NCBI GenBank assembly: GCA_963724455.1
Contig: CAVRUV010000013.1
Location: 1-62,431 of the forward strand
DNA length: 62,431 nucleotides
Source of the DNA: an uncultured Candidatus Woesearchaeota archaeon
Lineage (GTDB): Archaea > Nanobdellota > Nanobdellia > Woesearchaeales > UBA525
Direction of reading: 5' to 3'
Shown: positions 45,775 through 55,863 of the stretch, piece after piece
Position numbering within the stretch: position 1 is the first letter of the stretch
Layout of the letters: every line of letters starts with the position of its first letter
Translations under genes and position numbers: made by a program
The notes under the pieces: model-generated
What the model was told of the DNA's origin: nothing
Database searches by the model: none
The model's input: the letters and a program-made list of their open reading frames with translations, nothing else

Positions 45775-48042
45775 ATGCTGACAATACAAGAACAAAAAAA
45801 AGATCTTGTTGACCTAGTAAGAGATGGTTGGCAGAATATACATTGGAAAACCGCAACAGCAGTGCTTTCAATACCTTTTGCAGGATTTGCAGCCGAATAC
45901 TTTCTTAATCTTTCAGATAATAAATCCCTAAATGTAGGAGATTTCATACATTTATCATCAGGACTATTAGGAATTGCAGCAACCGGTTATATGGCAGCAG
46001 TATATGATGCAAGACATAAAAAATTACAAGAAATCAAAGATACAATACTCAACAACCTAAATGACATCGTCATAATTCTAGACCCGAAAACAGGCAATGT
46101 TCTAAGTATGAATAGCACAGGTTATGAAAAATTAGGGTATACTAGCGATGAGATAATCAATCAACCGCTAAAACAGTTTTCAACATTCCTTGATTCTACA
46201 TATGAAGATAGAATCGCGAAAATAGAGAAAGATAAAATAATCACTACAGAATCGGTATTCAAGAGAAAAGACGGCTCAAGAATACCAATAGAAACCAGCA
46301 GCAGGCTAATAACATTAGATGGAAAAAAAGTCGTTATAAGTTTAGCAAGAGATATCACAGAAAGAAAAACGCTTGAGAAAAACCTTGAAAAAAAAGATTT
46401 CTGGATTGAAGAAGCACAGCGTATATCAAACATAGGATCTTATATTCTTGATTTTAAGACTGGAATGTGGACTGCTACAGAGCAATTGCAACGAATTTTC
46501 GGAATATCTAAAGATTATAAAATGGACATACTTGGCTGGTCAGAAATAGTTTCTGAACGCGCAAGAGAAGAAATGATGTCATACTTTGAACGAATAATAA
46601 AAGAGCAACGTCCATTCGACAAAGAATATCCAATCACAAGACTGAACGATGGTGTTGAACGAATTCTGCAAGGGTACGGCAAGATAACATATTCTGCTAA
46701 TGGAACTCCGCTTCGCATGATAGGAAGCATCCAGGATGTTACTGATGCGCATTTGACTGAAGAAAAACTGCGTAAAGCGCAGACTTCAGAACAGCTCAGC
46801 ATTATTGCGAGTGGTGTAGCTCATGATCTTGAAAAAATTTTAGGACCAACAGTTACACTAACAGGAATAGTTGAATTAAACACTGCTGAGATAAAATCTG
46901 TATACTCCGCAACATTAAAACAAATAATGGCGCTAGATCCAAATGCCCCGTCCTCGACAACTATTGACTTATTGAATCAATGCAATGCAGAAATAAATAA
47001 ACGTTTAACAAAAATAAATGATCTAAACAATACTATGCGCCAAAGTGGCACACGTACTGCTGACATAGTAGGAGACTTGATATCTTTAACAAAAAGTAGT
47101 GAGTTCGAAGCGCAAGCAATAGACCTGAATAGAGTAATAAGAAACTTTGGACAAAGCGCTATTTATACCGAGAGAATACTATCAAGAAAAGATATCAAAA
47201 CCACAGTTAATCTAGAATCAGAATTAATGAGCATCATGGGAGACGAAAATCGTCTAGAAAAAGTAATTATAAATATTGCAATAAATGCCTGCGATGCAAT
47301 GAAAGAAGGAGGAATTCTCAACATACACACTTACAATGCAGATTTCAACATAAGCAGCGTTACATCATTTAATGAACTCATCCCTCGAGGAGAGTATGTG
47401 GTTTTAAGCATTGCAGATACAGGGTGTGGAATTCCAATAGGGGACCTTCCTAAAATATGCGACCCGTTCTTTACAAATAAAAAACTCGACGGTAGTTCGG
47501 GAACAGGCCTTGGATTATCGGTAGTTAAAGGAGTGATAACAAGTCACGGGGGAATTCTTGATGTTGTAACAAAAAAAGGTGTTGGCACGAATTTTTTAGT
47601 ATATTTCCCCGCAACAAAAGAACCGATAAAACAACAAACAGAAAACATACACTACAAGGGCAATGGAGAGAGCATCATGATTATTGAAGATAATGGCGTG
47701 CAACGACATGTCGCATCATCGCTGCTCGAAGCGCTAAACTACAAAGTAATGGCTGCAAAAAATGGTCACGATGCATTATCACAACTAGAAACTATGCGTG
47801 GTAATCTTCCAAAACTTCTCATTCTAGATATGATTCTAGAACCAAAATTCGATGGACTTGATACCTATAGAGAAATACATAACCGATTTGGAAAAATACC
47901 AGTGGTTGTTGCTAGCGGATATTCAGAAGATAAACGTGTTAGTGAAGTAATAAGTTTATCAGGTGGACGCTACATGAAAAAGCCATACACCTTAAGCATT
48001 GCATCACTTGTAATAAAAGAAGAATTAGATAAACAAAAATGA
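45775..48042 (+). CDS. Hybrid sensor histidine kinase (TM - PAS - PAS - HisKA/HATPase - receiver)
   Basis: Two PAS-like repeats (..DGSRIPIETSS.., ..PFDKEYPITRLNDG..). H-box 'ASGVAHDLEKIL'. G-boxes 'DTGCGIP' and 'GTGLGLSVVKG'. Receiver 'IMIIEDNG...LLILDMILEPKFDG...KP'. Confidence 0.8.
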   Translation: MLTIQEQKKDLVDLVRDGWQNIHWKTATAVLSIPFAGFAAEYFLNLSDNKSLNVGDFIHLSSGLLGIAATGYMAAVYDARHKKLQEIKDTILNNLNDIVIILDPKTGNVLSMNSTGYEKLGYTSDEIINQPLKQFSTFLDSTYEDRIAKIEKDKIITTESVFKRKDGSRIPIETSSRLITLDGKKVVISLARDITERKTLEKNLEKKDFWIEEAQRISNIGSYILDFKTGMWTATEQLQRIFGISKDYKMDILGWSEIVSERAREEMMSYFERIIKEQRPFDKEYPITRLNDGVERILQGYGKITYSANGTPLRMIGSIQDVTDAHLTEEKLRKAQTSEQLSIIASGVAHDLEKILGPTVTLTGIVELNTAEIKSVYSATLKQIMALDPNAPSSTTIDLLNQCNAEINKRLTKINDLNNTMRQSGTRTADIVGDLISLTKSSEFEAQAIDLNRVIRNFGQSAIYTERILSRKDIKTTVNLESELMSIMGDENRLEKVIINIAINACDAMKEGGILNIHTYNADFNISSVTSFNELIPRGEYVVLSIADTGCGIPIGDLPKICDPFFTNKKLDGSSGTGLGLSVVKGVITSHGGILDVVTKKGVGTNFLVYFPATKEPIKQQTENIHYKGNGESIMIIEDNGVQRHVASSLLEALNYKVMAAKNGHDALSQLETMRGNLPKLLILDMILEPKFDGLDTYREIHNRFGKIPVVVASGYSEDKRVSEVISLSGGRYMKKPYTLSIASLVIKEELDKQK

Positions 48043-48083
48043 ATAAAGAAATCAGATAACCACAGTTCAATAACAAAAAGCCA

Positions 48084-48596
48084 TTACAAAACGGTACCAT
48101 TATGCAATACAGAAGCATATTTGCGCATGACTTTTGTAATTTCTTTCTTGAGTACTGGACTTAATGTTTTTTTATTTTTCTTAATGCTATCCCAGAATTC
48201 ATTAACTTGATTTGCAGGAATACCAATATTCTGAATTAGAAAATCAGTAATCTGTGGTGAATGCCTTGCCAGATTATCCATCCAATCACTAACTGTATTC
48301 TTATTAAGCTCCATTAATCTACTCATTGAACGAATGCCATTTTTCTTGATTAGCAGTTTACATAATTGTTTAAGCTCATACTCAGTAATTCTACGACGAT
48401 ACATCATAGTGCCTTTTGTTTCAACAAGGTACTTATTGCAATGCAAGCAAAGATATCTCTGCGTACCTGCACGATTAAATCCTCGCTTAACTACATCTTT
48501 TCCTTTTTCTTTATGATAGAACAAACAGTCCTCATTCAAGCAAACTGCGGTTATTATTCCTCTAATACGGGCCATACAATGCATTCTCCAAAACAT
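48084..48596 (-). mobile_element. IS1 InsA-like Zn-ribbon + HTH protein only (no DDE domain)
   Basis: 'C..EDC......G....KRG.NRAGTQRYLCLHCNKY' resembles the IS1 ORFA zinc ribbon, and is followed by HTH 'GIRSMSRLMELNKNTVSDW'. I saw no transposase catalytic ORF or inverted repeats. Confidence 0.45.
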
Positions 48597-48687
48597 ATAT
48601 GTTGGTACTCATATATTAAAGTATCTTAACTAATACAATAATAATATTTATATATAACATTATAATTCTAAATTTAGATGATTTAAT

Positions 48688-49104
48688 ATGATGATGACTC
48701 CGATAGAAAAAGATATTAAAGATATATTCTCTAATTCTACAAGAACACAATATCCGTCAGATATAGAGTATTATCAATTACGTTTCTTACAAGAAAGAGC
48801 CTATAAAGAAGGTGTTAAGAATCTCAAAAGAGTAGCGTTAGGATCATTTAGGATGAGTGGAGAGTTCAGTCTAGAAGAGATGACAGAATTATTGGTGAGA
48901 ACAAATATTGCACAAAGTGCTTCACAAGCGGTAGATATACTCCCATTAATCTGCAACACAACTCTTGAATACGGACATTTAAGCGATTTACGAATAAGAA
49001 GATTAAAAGATTCTAAACAAAATACAAGATATGGGATGAATGCATACAATATACTAAAGATAAACCCTAAAGATGCACCATTATTGGCGTTTTTTATGGG
49101 GTAG
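48688..49104 (+). CDS. Hypothetical protein
   Basis: 138-aa AT-rich ORF. Confidence 0.35.
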   Translation: MMMTPIEKDIKDIFSNSTRTQYPSDIEYYQLRFLQERAYKEGVKNLKRVALGSFRMSGEFSLEEMTELLVRTNIAQSASQAVDILPLICNTTLEYGHLSDLRIRRLKDSKQNTRYGMNAYNILKINPKDAPLLAFFMG

Positions 49105-49137
49105 ATAATATATTTATTATTATAATATTATTTTAGA

Positions 49138-50109
49138 TTACTTCGTGCACAAATCAAGTTCATTCTGCCAATATTTCGCATCTATATTCTTTCCTATGAG
49201 AACAATTTTTGTCTTGTGCTCTTCGCCATCTCTCCATGAACGATCAAAGAATGTTTCAATGCGTTTTCCTACTTTGTGAAAAACCATTCGCATATCTTTC
49301 TTAGAAGATGAATCTGCGAGGTTTCCTATGCAAATAATGCCTTTTGCTCTGAAAATATCAACAGGAATTAAACGCGTAAAGTTCGCAAATGCATCAACGC
49401 GTAGTGGTTTATTTGTCTGCAACCCAACAGCGCTAAATCCTGCCGCGTGTTCATGGTCGTGCTCATCACCAAAGCCAGAATCTAGCCATCTATCAATATT
49501 GAATTTTCCAGTAGCAAGCAAAATATTAAGCGGAGCACGACAGTTTTGCGTCCTGAAAATAAATGCTCTAGGACTGAATTCGTGAATTTGTTTTTCGAGC
49601 GCAGTAAGCTCGTTCTCATTAACAAGGTCTGACTTATTGAGCAGTATAACGTCTGCTGCTTTAATCTGTTCAACTACAGTAGGCCCGTGACCAAGTGCAG
49701 TGTGTAGATTTTCTGCATCAACAACAGTTATGATACCGTCGAGCTTTGTATGCAAGCGAAGTTCTCCAGCTAAAAACGTATTTGCAACCGGACTAGGTTC
49801 GGCCATGCCACTTGTTTCAATCAAGATATACTCAACATGTTTTTCAAGCGTTTGCTTTACTGCACCAACCAAATCTCCGCGAATTGTGCAGCAGATACAG
49901 CCGTTTGCAAGCTCTATCATCTCATCAGTACTAGAAACAATCAGTTCAGAATCTATGCCGACATCTCCGAATTCATTGACGATAACGCCAATCTTAATGC
50001 CGTGGTTCTCAGTAAGGATATGATTGAGTAGAGTAGTCTTACCGCTGCCTAAAGCTCCTGTGACAATACTGACTGGAACCAATAAATTTTCAATCATACC
50101 AATAGACAA
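49138..50109 (-). CDS. COG0523 (CobW/YjiA/ZigA-type) metallochaperone GTPase
   Basis: P-loop 'GALGSGKTTLL', metal motif 'GCICCT', 'LNKSD', and a C-terminal CobW_C-like domain. Confidence 0.85.
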   Translation of the reverse strand: MSIGMIENLLVPVSIVTGALGSGKTTLLNHILTENHGIKIGVIVNEFGDVGIDSELIVSSTDEMIELANGCICCTIRGDLVGAVKQTLEKHVEYILIETSGMAEPSPVANTFLAGELRLHTKLDGIITVVDAENLHTALGHGPTVVEQIKAADVILLNKSDLVNENELTALEKQIHEFSPRAFIFRTQNCRAPLNILLATGKFNIDRWLDSGFGDEHDHEHAAGFSAVGLQTNKPLRVDAFANFTRLIPVDIFRAKGIICIGNLADSSSKKDMRMVFHKVGKRIETFFDRSWRDGEEHKTKIVLIGKNIDAKYWQNELDLCTK

Positions 50110-50308
50110 ATCATCTTAGCTTTTAAGGGTTTTCTAGAAATAGTTTAGGAATTACTAATAAACTAACAAAAGAAATAAAATAATTCACTAAAACGCTCTC
50201 TATAACTATAAATAACTAACTTAGAAATAAATCCTACTTACTACAATAATCTTTATTTTTCTACATCCATCTTTCACAATCTACAAAATCTATCATACCC
50301 ATCTATTT

Positions 50309-51085
50309 TCAGTCAAGTCTTTGTTTCTTTTCATTCTTCTCGTTTTTGTCGTTCTTCTCAGTTTTCTCTCGCAATTTCATAGTCAAATTATGAACATTTT
50401 TCATATAGCCCATAACGACCATGCCTTCTTGTTTTGTCAACATGCTCTTTCCAACAAAGTGCGTCCACACTATTTTTTGAGTCTCATTAGATAAGTTAGT
50501 CTTCCACGTCAGGTTATCTATTGTCGAATTTACTGCAAGAATTAATGCATTGTGTTCAGACTTATTCATCGGACGATGAGACAAGGTTATCTTGTTCTGC
50601 CTACCAGTAAGCATCGAAAGCTCGTACAAGAGAACTGTAACGCTCTGCGCAAGATTCATGCTAGGATTATCTCGAGAAGTAGGTATTGAACAAACAATTT
50701 GAGAACGTGAGAGCATCTCCTTAGTTAGTCCTTCTCCTTCGGGGCCGAACAATATTCCTACTTTAATATGCTCGAAATCAAGTTCGCGCAGTTTTTCAGA
50801 TAATTCTCTGGGAGTAATCGGCGCGCGAACAACGTTGAGCGCAGTACTATTCCTGCCGTGCGTTGCTACAATAATATCAAACTCATCAAGAATGCTCGCT
50901 TCAGCAATGCGCATCTTCTCAAGCGTCGGCAGCCCATGCTTAGCAAGCCATCTGCTCTTTTCACTGACCTTGCATTTCGGGTCTATTAGCAAGATATCAT
51001 GAAAGTCAAAATTACTCGCAGCTCGCGCAATACTGCCAAGATTATCTGCATTCTCCACTTGATACAAAATTAAAGTGATTGACAT
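50309..51085 (-). CDS. SpoU/TrmH-family RNA 2'-O-methyltransferase (TrmJ-like)
   Basis: 'ADNLGSIARAASNFDF', 'ILFGPEGEGL' and 'IPTSRDNPSMNLAQSV' are SPOUT motifs 1-3. K/E-rich tail. Confidence 0.7.
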   Translation of the reverse strand: MSITLILYQVENADNLGSIARAASNFDFHDILLIDPKCKVSEKSRWLAKHGLPTLEKMRIAEASILDEFDIIVATHGRNSTALNVVRAPITPRELSEKLRELDFEHIKVGILFGPEGEGLTKEMLSRSQIVCSIPTSRDNPSMNLAQSVTVLLYELSMLTGRQNKITLSHRPMNKSEHNALILAVNSTIDNLTWKTNLSNETQKIVWTHFVGKSMLTKQEGMVVMGYMKNVHNLTMKLREKTEKNDKNEKNEKKQRLD

Positions 51086-51185
51086 GCTATAAAAAACAAT
51101 AATTGCTCTAAAAACCTATCGGAAATTGTAGAATTTAGTCAAAAAAACAAAGAAAAAAAAGAAAAACTAATTATCGACTGCTCGT

Positions 51186-52367
51186 CTAAAGAACTGCTTT
51201 AATAACTGGTATCAAAAGCAATACAATAAGCAAGACAAGCGTTACAATACTAATCTTTGCCCACCACCAATCGCCGCGTTTCTTATCGCCAGTAACCTGT
51301 CTGCAAGAAAGCTGTAGTATTCTTCCGCCATCAACTGGCCCAAGAGGCAAAAGGTTAGCTAGTCCAAGGCCTAAACTGAGCAAGAATAACCAGTATAAGA
51401 GCTCTTTGAACCAAGTAAGAGACGACAGAAGTCCGCTGAAGAGTTCTCCTGAAACTTTCGGATCACGTCGAGGTTTTAAATTCACACCAAGGAATCCTTT
51501 AGTGCTTGCAGCATCCGTTGGGTTCTGCATTGTCTTAATTGAATAATCGCCCTTATCTGTTTTAAGGTTCACCGTATCTCCGGGTTTAACAGAATCTAGT
51601 TGTTTTGAAAATTCTTCATATGTAGTAATAGTAACGCCATTTACAGAATTCACTAATGTGCCTTCTACTACCGATGCGTTTGCTGCAGGATAATTTGGAG
51701 TAACACTTGATACTTCTACACCTGCAGGAATTGTCATATACATCAATAATGGTATTACTAAGAATGCACTAATAACAAAGAATAACATTCCTGTAACGAT
51801 GTTGCTGAATGGTCCAGCGGCATACATCGCGTATTGGACCGTGACATCTTTTTTTACAAGAGCCTTTTCATCCGGCTCAACGAATGCGCCACCGATAGGG
51901 CCAAATATTGCAATGCCTGATGATTTAACAGGCACATCGTTTGCCCGGCAAATTACGCCGTGCATGAATTCATGGATTACTACCACCATAAAGAGTGCAA
52001 TCCATCCGATAATCAATGGAACTTTTAGTGCAGTTCCTGGAACAGAAAATCCTGGAATAACAGGACTTACTACTGCTTGAGCATTAGGATCCACAATTAA
52101 ATTGTATAAACCATATGCAAGATTTGTTACAATAAAAATCATTCCAATAAACGCTATACCGATTCCAATATAGCCAATTATCTGGAACAAGCCTTTGTAT
52201 TTCTTACCGAGCTTATCCATGGTCTTAAGACCGGCTTTTGTCCTGTATAATCCGATACCAAAGACTTGCCACTCGATCTTTCGACGGAGCATGATAATCA
52301 CAAAGACGACAGTTGCGTAAAACAATAAGACCCATTTATAGTCAGTAAAGAATTGTACGAATCCCAT
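51186..52367 (-). CDS. Site-2 protease (M50) with PDZ domain
   Basis: HExxH 'HEFMHG', PDZ-like 'LVNSVNGVTITTYEEFSKQLDSVKPGDTV', and 'NLLPLGPVDGG'. Confidence 0.85.
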   Translation of the reverse strand: MGFVQFFTDYKWVLLFYATVVFVIIMLRRKIEWQVFGIGLYRTKAGLKTMDKLGKKYKGLFQIIGYIGIGIAFIGMIFIVTNLAYGLYNLIVDPNAQAVVSPVIPGFSVPGTALKVPLIIGWIALFMVVVIHEFMHGVICRANDVPVKSSGIAIFGPIGGAFVEPDEKALVKKDVTVQYAMYAAGPFSNIVTGMLFFVISAFLVIPLLMYMTIPAGVEVSSVTPNYPAANASVVEGTLVNSVNGVTITTYEEFSKQLDSVKPGDTVNLKTDKGDYSIKTMQNPTDAASTKGFLGVNLKPRRDPKVSGELFSGLLSSLTWFKELLYWLFLLSLGLGLANLLPLGPVDGGRILQLSCRQVTGDKKRGDWWWAKISIVTLVLLIVLLLIPVIKAVL

Positions 52368-52483
52368 AATGACTATTCACAGCGAGGGATATTTAAACGT
52401 TGTGTCAGAAGAGCTGATGAAGAGCTAGATATTACTAGCTATTACCAACACAAAACTAACCAATTACTAACACAAAAAATAAG

Positions 52484-53431
52484 CTATACGGGGTCATGTT
52501 TAAACAACTCGGCCAAAAACCCATCAGAAAACTCCTTTCTAAAACGTTTCTTTGTCGCAGACCTGTCTTCACCAACATCCACTTCAAAATCAAAAAATGA
52601 ACTGCCTTTATCCTCATAGAATGCACGCATTTTAGGATCATCATATGATTTTGTAATAGCTGCTTGAAACTCTGATGTTTCAAATATAGCGCGATCGTCC
52701 TTATCCTCATGAGTAGATCTATGAGCTAAACGTCTCATGCGCTCTGCAGTTGGTACACGCGGCAAAATAAATACGCTTGGCAAATATGCAAAAGCTTGCT
52801 TATTGCCAGGTAAATCGTGCACAAAAGCTCTGAATTCCCACTCATCAATACCTGCAAAACTCGCTTGCAATGGCTGATAGACATCACTTGTTATAATTCC
52901 GCGATCGGCAACAATGAACATGCCTGCATGCAATGCATCGATAAGCAATCGCTTGTAGAGTACATCACGGTCAATTGCATATGCTACTGCTGTTGCGCGT
53001 GCATCATACGCGCCAAAGCCATGTTTAATATAACGTTCATTAGCATCCTTGTTGATTAATTCTTCACGAAGTAGCTTACCAATACCGACATATGTAGGCT
53101 CTGCAACAAATATTGCTTTACAACCAGGCACTAATTCCTGCACCTCTTCAAGATGAGGCAAACGATCGTGCATTTTCCAATACTCAACACAATCGAAGAA
53201 TGGAATATTTTTTTCAAGCAGAGACTCTTTGAAGACTTCGATTAGCGCACCCTTTCCACCGCCATCGCCAGAATCTACCATTATAAAATTTGAGTAGACA
53301 GTAGGCACAACACTAGGCACACTAGTAGATATAGTCTTAGACAAAATATCAGGCACAGGCTCAGACACAAGCTCAGACACAGGCTCAGACACAGTCTTAA
53401 GAACATCTTTATCTTGTAATATGTTTGTCAT
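52484..53431 (-). CDS. Thymidylate-kinase-fold protein with atypical P-loop
   Basis: 'VDSGDGGGKGAL' sits where Tmk has GxDGxGKTT. 'DRDVLYKRLLIDALHAGMFIVADRGIITSDVYQ' matches the Tmk DR(Y/H) and lid regions. The N-terminus has a 3x12-bp coding repeat (VSEPVSELVSEPV). Confidence 0.45.
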   Translation of the reverse strand: MTNILQDKDVLKTVSEPVSELVSEPVPDILSKTISTSVPSVVPTVYSNFIMVDSGDGGGKGALIEVFKESLLEKNIPFFDCVEYWKMHDRLPHLEEVQELVPGCKAIFVAEPTYVGIGKLLREELINKDANERYIKHGFGAYDARATAVAYAIDRDVLYKRLLIDALHAGMFIVADRGIITSDVYQPLQASFAGIDEWEFRAFVHDLPGNKQAFAYLPSVFILPRVPTAERMRRLAHRSTHEDKDDRAIFETSEFQAAITKSYDDPKMRAFYEDKGSSFFDFEVDVGEDRSATKKRFRKEFSDGFLAELFKHDPV

Positions 53432-53554
53432 ATCTTCCCACGCAACGCAATTTTATTTTCACACCGCTATATAAGAGTTATTACATTTTATTACATCAGT
53501 ATTACACACTCCGCAGCACAATGGTTTTTAAATGAAAAGAGGACTCTTAACAAT

Positions 53555-54556
53555 ATGAACGCTATGAGTACTACAAATACTATGAACGACACTAGTACTA
53601 TTCTTATTGTCGGTTGTGGGAGATTAGGATCAAGAACAGCCATGCTACTGGCCGAATCACTAGCTAAAGAAAATAACGACCAAATCAAAGAAGACAAAAA
53701 CGAATACAACAATCTAATCCTTTGCGATTATGATACAGTAATGCAAGATAATCTTCATGAACAGCCAATATACACCGCAAACGATATTGGAACACTAAAA
53801 GTAGAAGCTCTTGCTAAAAAACTAAAAGAAAAAAATCAAACTATAAAAATCAAAACAATCCCTAAACAATTTTCAGAAGATATTCTGCGAGAAAACAAAA
53901 TAGACAGAACATACAAAATATCTATAATAATTGACGGAACAGATAATTTAGAGACGCGAGCGCAACTTAACAGAGCAGCGTTGCAACACCACATCCCTCT
54001 TATTATTGCTGCAGCAACAGAATCGCGTGCAATGATATTTCCAGTATCCACAAATGATGAGGATTCCTGCTGGGAATGTATTGCTGCAGGAAAACAATCC
54101 GATGCAGACTGTTCAAGTGGCATTGATAATTCTCTTGCTGATACAATTACAAAAACACAAACAGAATTGTGCTTGCAAATACTGCGACATGAACAAGTGC
54201 TTTCAAAATTGCTAATTATTGAAAAAAATCCCGACAATAACAATTATACAACAACAAAGAAAATTGTTGTACGAAAAAATCCTACATGCATATGCATAAC
54301 AAAAAAGTATTCTCAAGAGCAATTCACATTCAAACCTTGCTTAACTGGAAGACGACTCATCGCGCGAACAACAAGCACTGCACCAATTGATTTTGAAAGA
54401 ATAAAAAAACATTACTTAATACAAAAAGAGTATTCTAGTGCAATTCTTGTCGATCTAAAAATAGGCACAGCACTCGTGCATAAATACGGCGCAATAGAAT
54501 TCAACAGTATCCCGGAAGATATTGCGCGAAAATTTGCTGAAGATATAATGAAATAA
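53555..54556 (+). CDS. ThiF/MoeB/UbaA-type E1-like adenylyltransferase
   Basis: Rossmann 'ILIVGCGRLGS', 'DYDTVMQDNLHEQ', 'IIDGTDNLETRAQLN', Cys pairs CWEC...C, and a ~100-aa C-terminal extension. Confidence 0.7.
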   Translation: MNAMSTTNTMNDTSTILIVGCGRLGSRTAMLLAESLAKENNDQIKEDKNEYNNLILCDYDTVMQDNLHEQPIYTANDIGTLKVEALAKKLKEKNQTIKIKTIPKQFSEDILRENKIDRTYKISIIIDGTDNLETRAQLNRAALQHHIPLIIAAATESRAMIFPVSTNDEDSCWECIAAGKQSDADCSSGIDNSLADTITKTQTELCLQILRHEQVLSKLLIIEKNPDNNNYTTTKKIVVRKNPTCICITKKYSQEQFTFKPCLTGRRLIARTTSTAPIDFERIKKHYLIQKEYSSAILVDLKIGTALVHKYGAIEFNSIPEDIARKFAEDIMK

Positions 54557-54682
54557 AAAATAATAACATAATAGAACTAAAGAATATAATAAAAAATTTA
54601 AAAAAATAAACAAGAAATAAATAGAATAATTAAGAAATAAAAAAAAATCAAAATAAGTAATAAAATAAAAAAACAACCGAAA

Positions 54683-55744
54683 TTATTTCTTCATAATCAT
54701 CGTTTGTGTTGGGTATGCAAAGTTTATTTTTGCCTTCTCAAATTGTCCTTTAATCTGCATATTAATATCGTCTTGTATTTGAGGAATACTCTTCAAATCT
54801 ATGATAAAATATACAAATGTTAAATCACAAGAGCTTGAGTTAAATGCACTAAAAAATACTGTGCATTCATCCTTAACACCAGCGTGTTTTTTCACAATAT
54901 CCTTTAATATTTTTTTTGCTTCATCTAACTTTTTTGCACTAGTAGAATATTCTAAACCAAGTGTTAGTGCAACTCTCATTTGTTTTCGGGCAGTTATATT
55001 CTCAACTATACCATCGGTGAATTTTGCATTCGGAATAACAAGTGTCGTGCCATCAAGAGTTTCTACTCTTGTTGTACGCAAGCCAATTTCTCTGATAGTT
55101 CCCTGGCGATTATCGAACTTTATCATATCTTTTATCTTAAATGGCTTGTCGGTAAGAATCGATACTCCGCCAAAGATGTTGCTGATAAGATCCTTTGCAG
55201 CGAGTGCAAATGCCAAACCGCCAATACCTAAACCTGCAATGATACTTGTTACATCATAGCCGAAATTTGATAATACTGTGACACCGGCGATAGTAATGAC
55301 AATCACTTTGATTGCTCCACGCAAAATCGGTAAAAGCATATCATCTAAATCGGATTCTGATTTTTCTGTGTACGGCAACACATAATGCATTACGATACTA
55401 TCTAAGAATCGTATGATAATCCATGCAACGCCGACAGTCATCAGCACTCTTACAACAGCATCATAGCCTGTTGAAAATCCTGAAGACATAACCAGAACAT
55501 TCTCTGCAAAAATAAATGTGATGACAAATATTGCAAAGACAAATGGACCATCCATCACATCAACTAAAACATCGTCCAGTTTTGTCTCAGTGCTTTCTGC
55601 GAATTTACGTATGATATTGCGGATAATCCATGAGAATAACTTGCCTGCTAGCGCGCCAGCAGCAAGAATGCCGATGAAAACTAAATATCCTTGAAGAGTA
55701 TTACCCCATAATACATAGGAAAGATCTACCATATATGCACCCAA
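54683..55744 (-). CDS. MscS-family mechanosensitive channel
   Basis: 'NIFGGVSILTDKPFKIKDMIKFDNRQGTIREIGLRTTRVETLDGTTLVIPNAKF' is the canonical MscS TM3/beta-domain region. Confidence 0.8.
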   Translation of the reverse strand: MGAYMVDLSYVLWGNTLQGYLVFIGILAAGALAGKLFSWIIRNIIRKFAESTETKLDDVLVDVMDGPFVFAIFVITFIFAENVLVMSSGFSTGYDAVVRVLMTVGVAWIIIRFLDSIVMHYVLPYTEKSESDLDDMLLPILRGAIKVIVITIAGVTVLSNFGYDVTSIIAGLGIGGLAFALAAKDLISNIFGGVSILTDKPFKIKDMIKFDNRQGTIREIGLRTTRVETLDGTTLVIPNAKFTDGIVENITARKQMRVALTLGLEYSTSAKKLDEAKKILKDIVKKHAGVKDECTVFFSAFNSSSCDLTFVYFIIDLKSIPQIQDDINMQIKGQFEKAKINFAYPTQTMIMKK

Positions 55745-55863
55745 ACAAACGTGAGAATCTCCTATTTAAAAACCTTAGCGATACTTTAGCAAACTACTAT
55801 TTTGATTTAGCAATACAATTCCCATGCATAAAACGCACTCAATCCACACAAATTAAATAAAAA

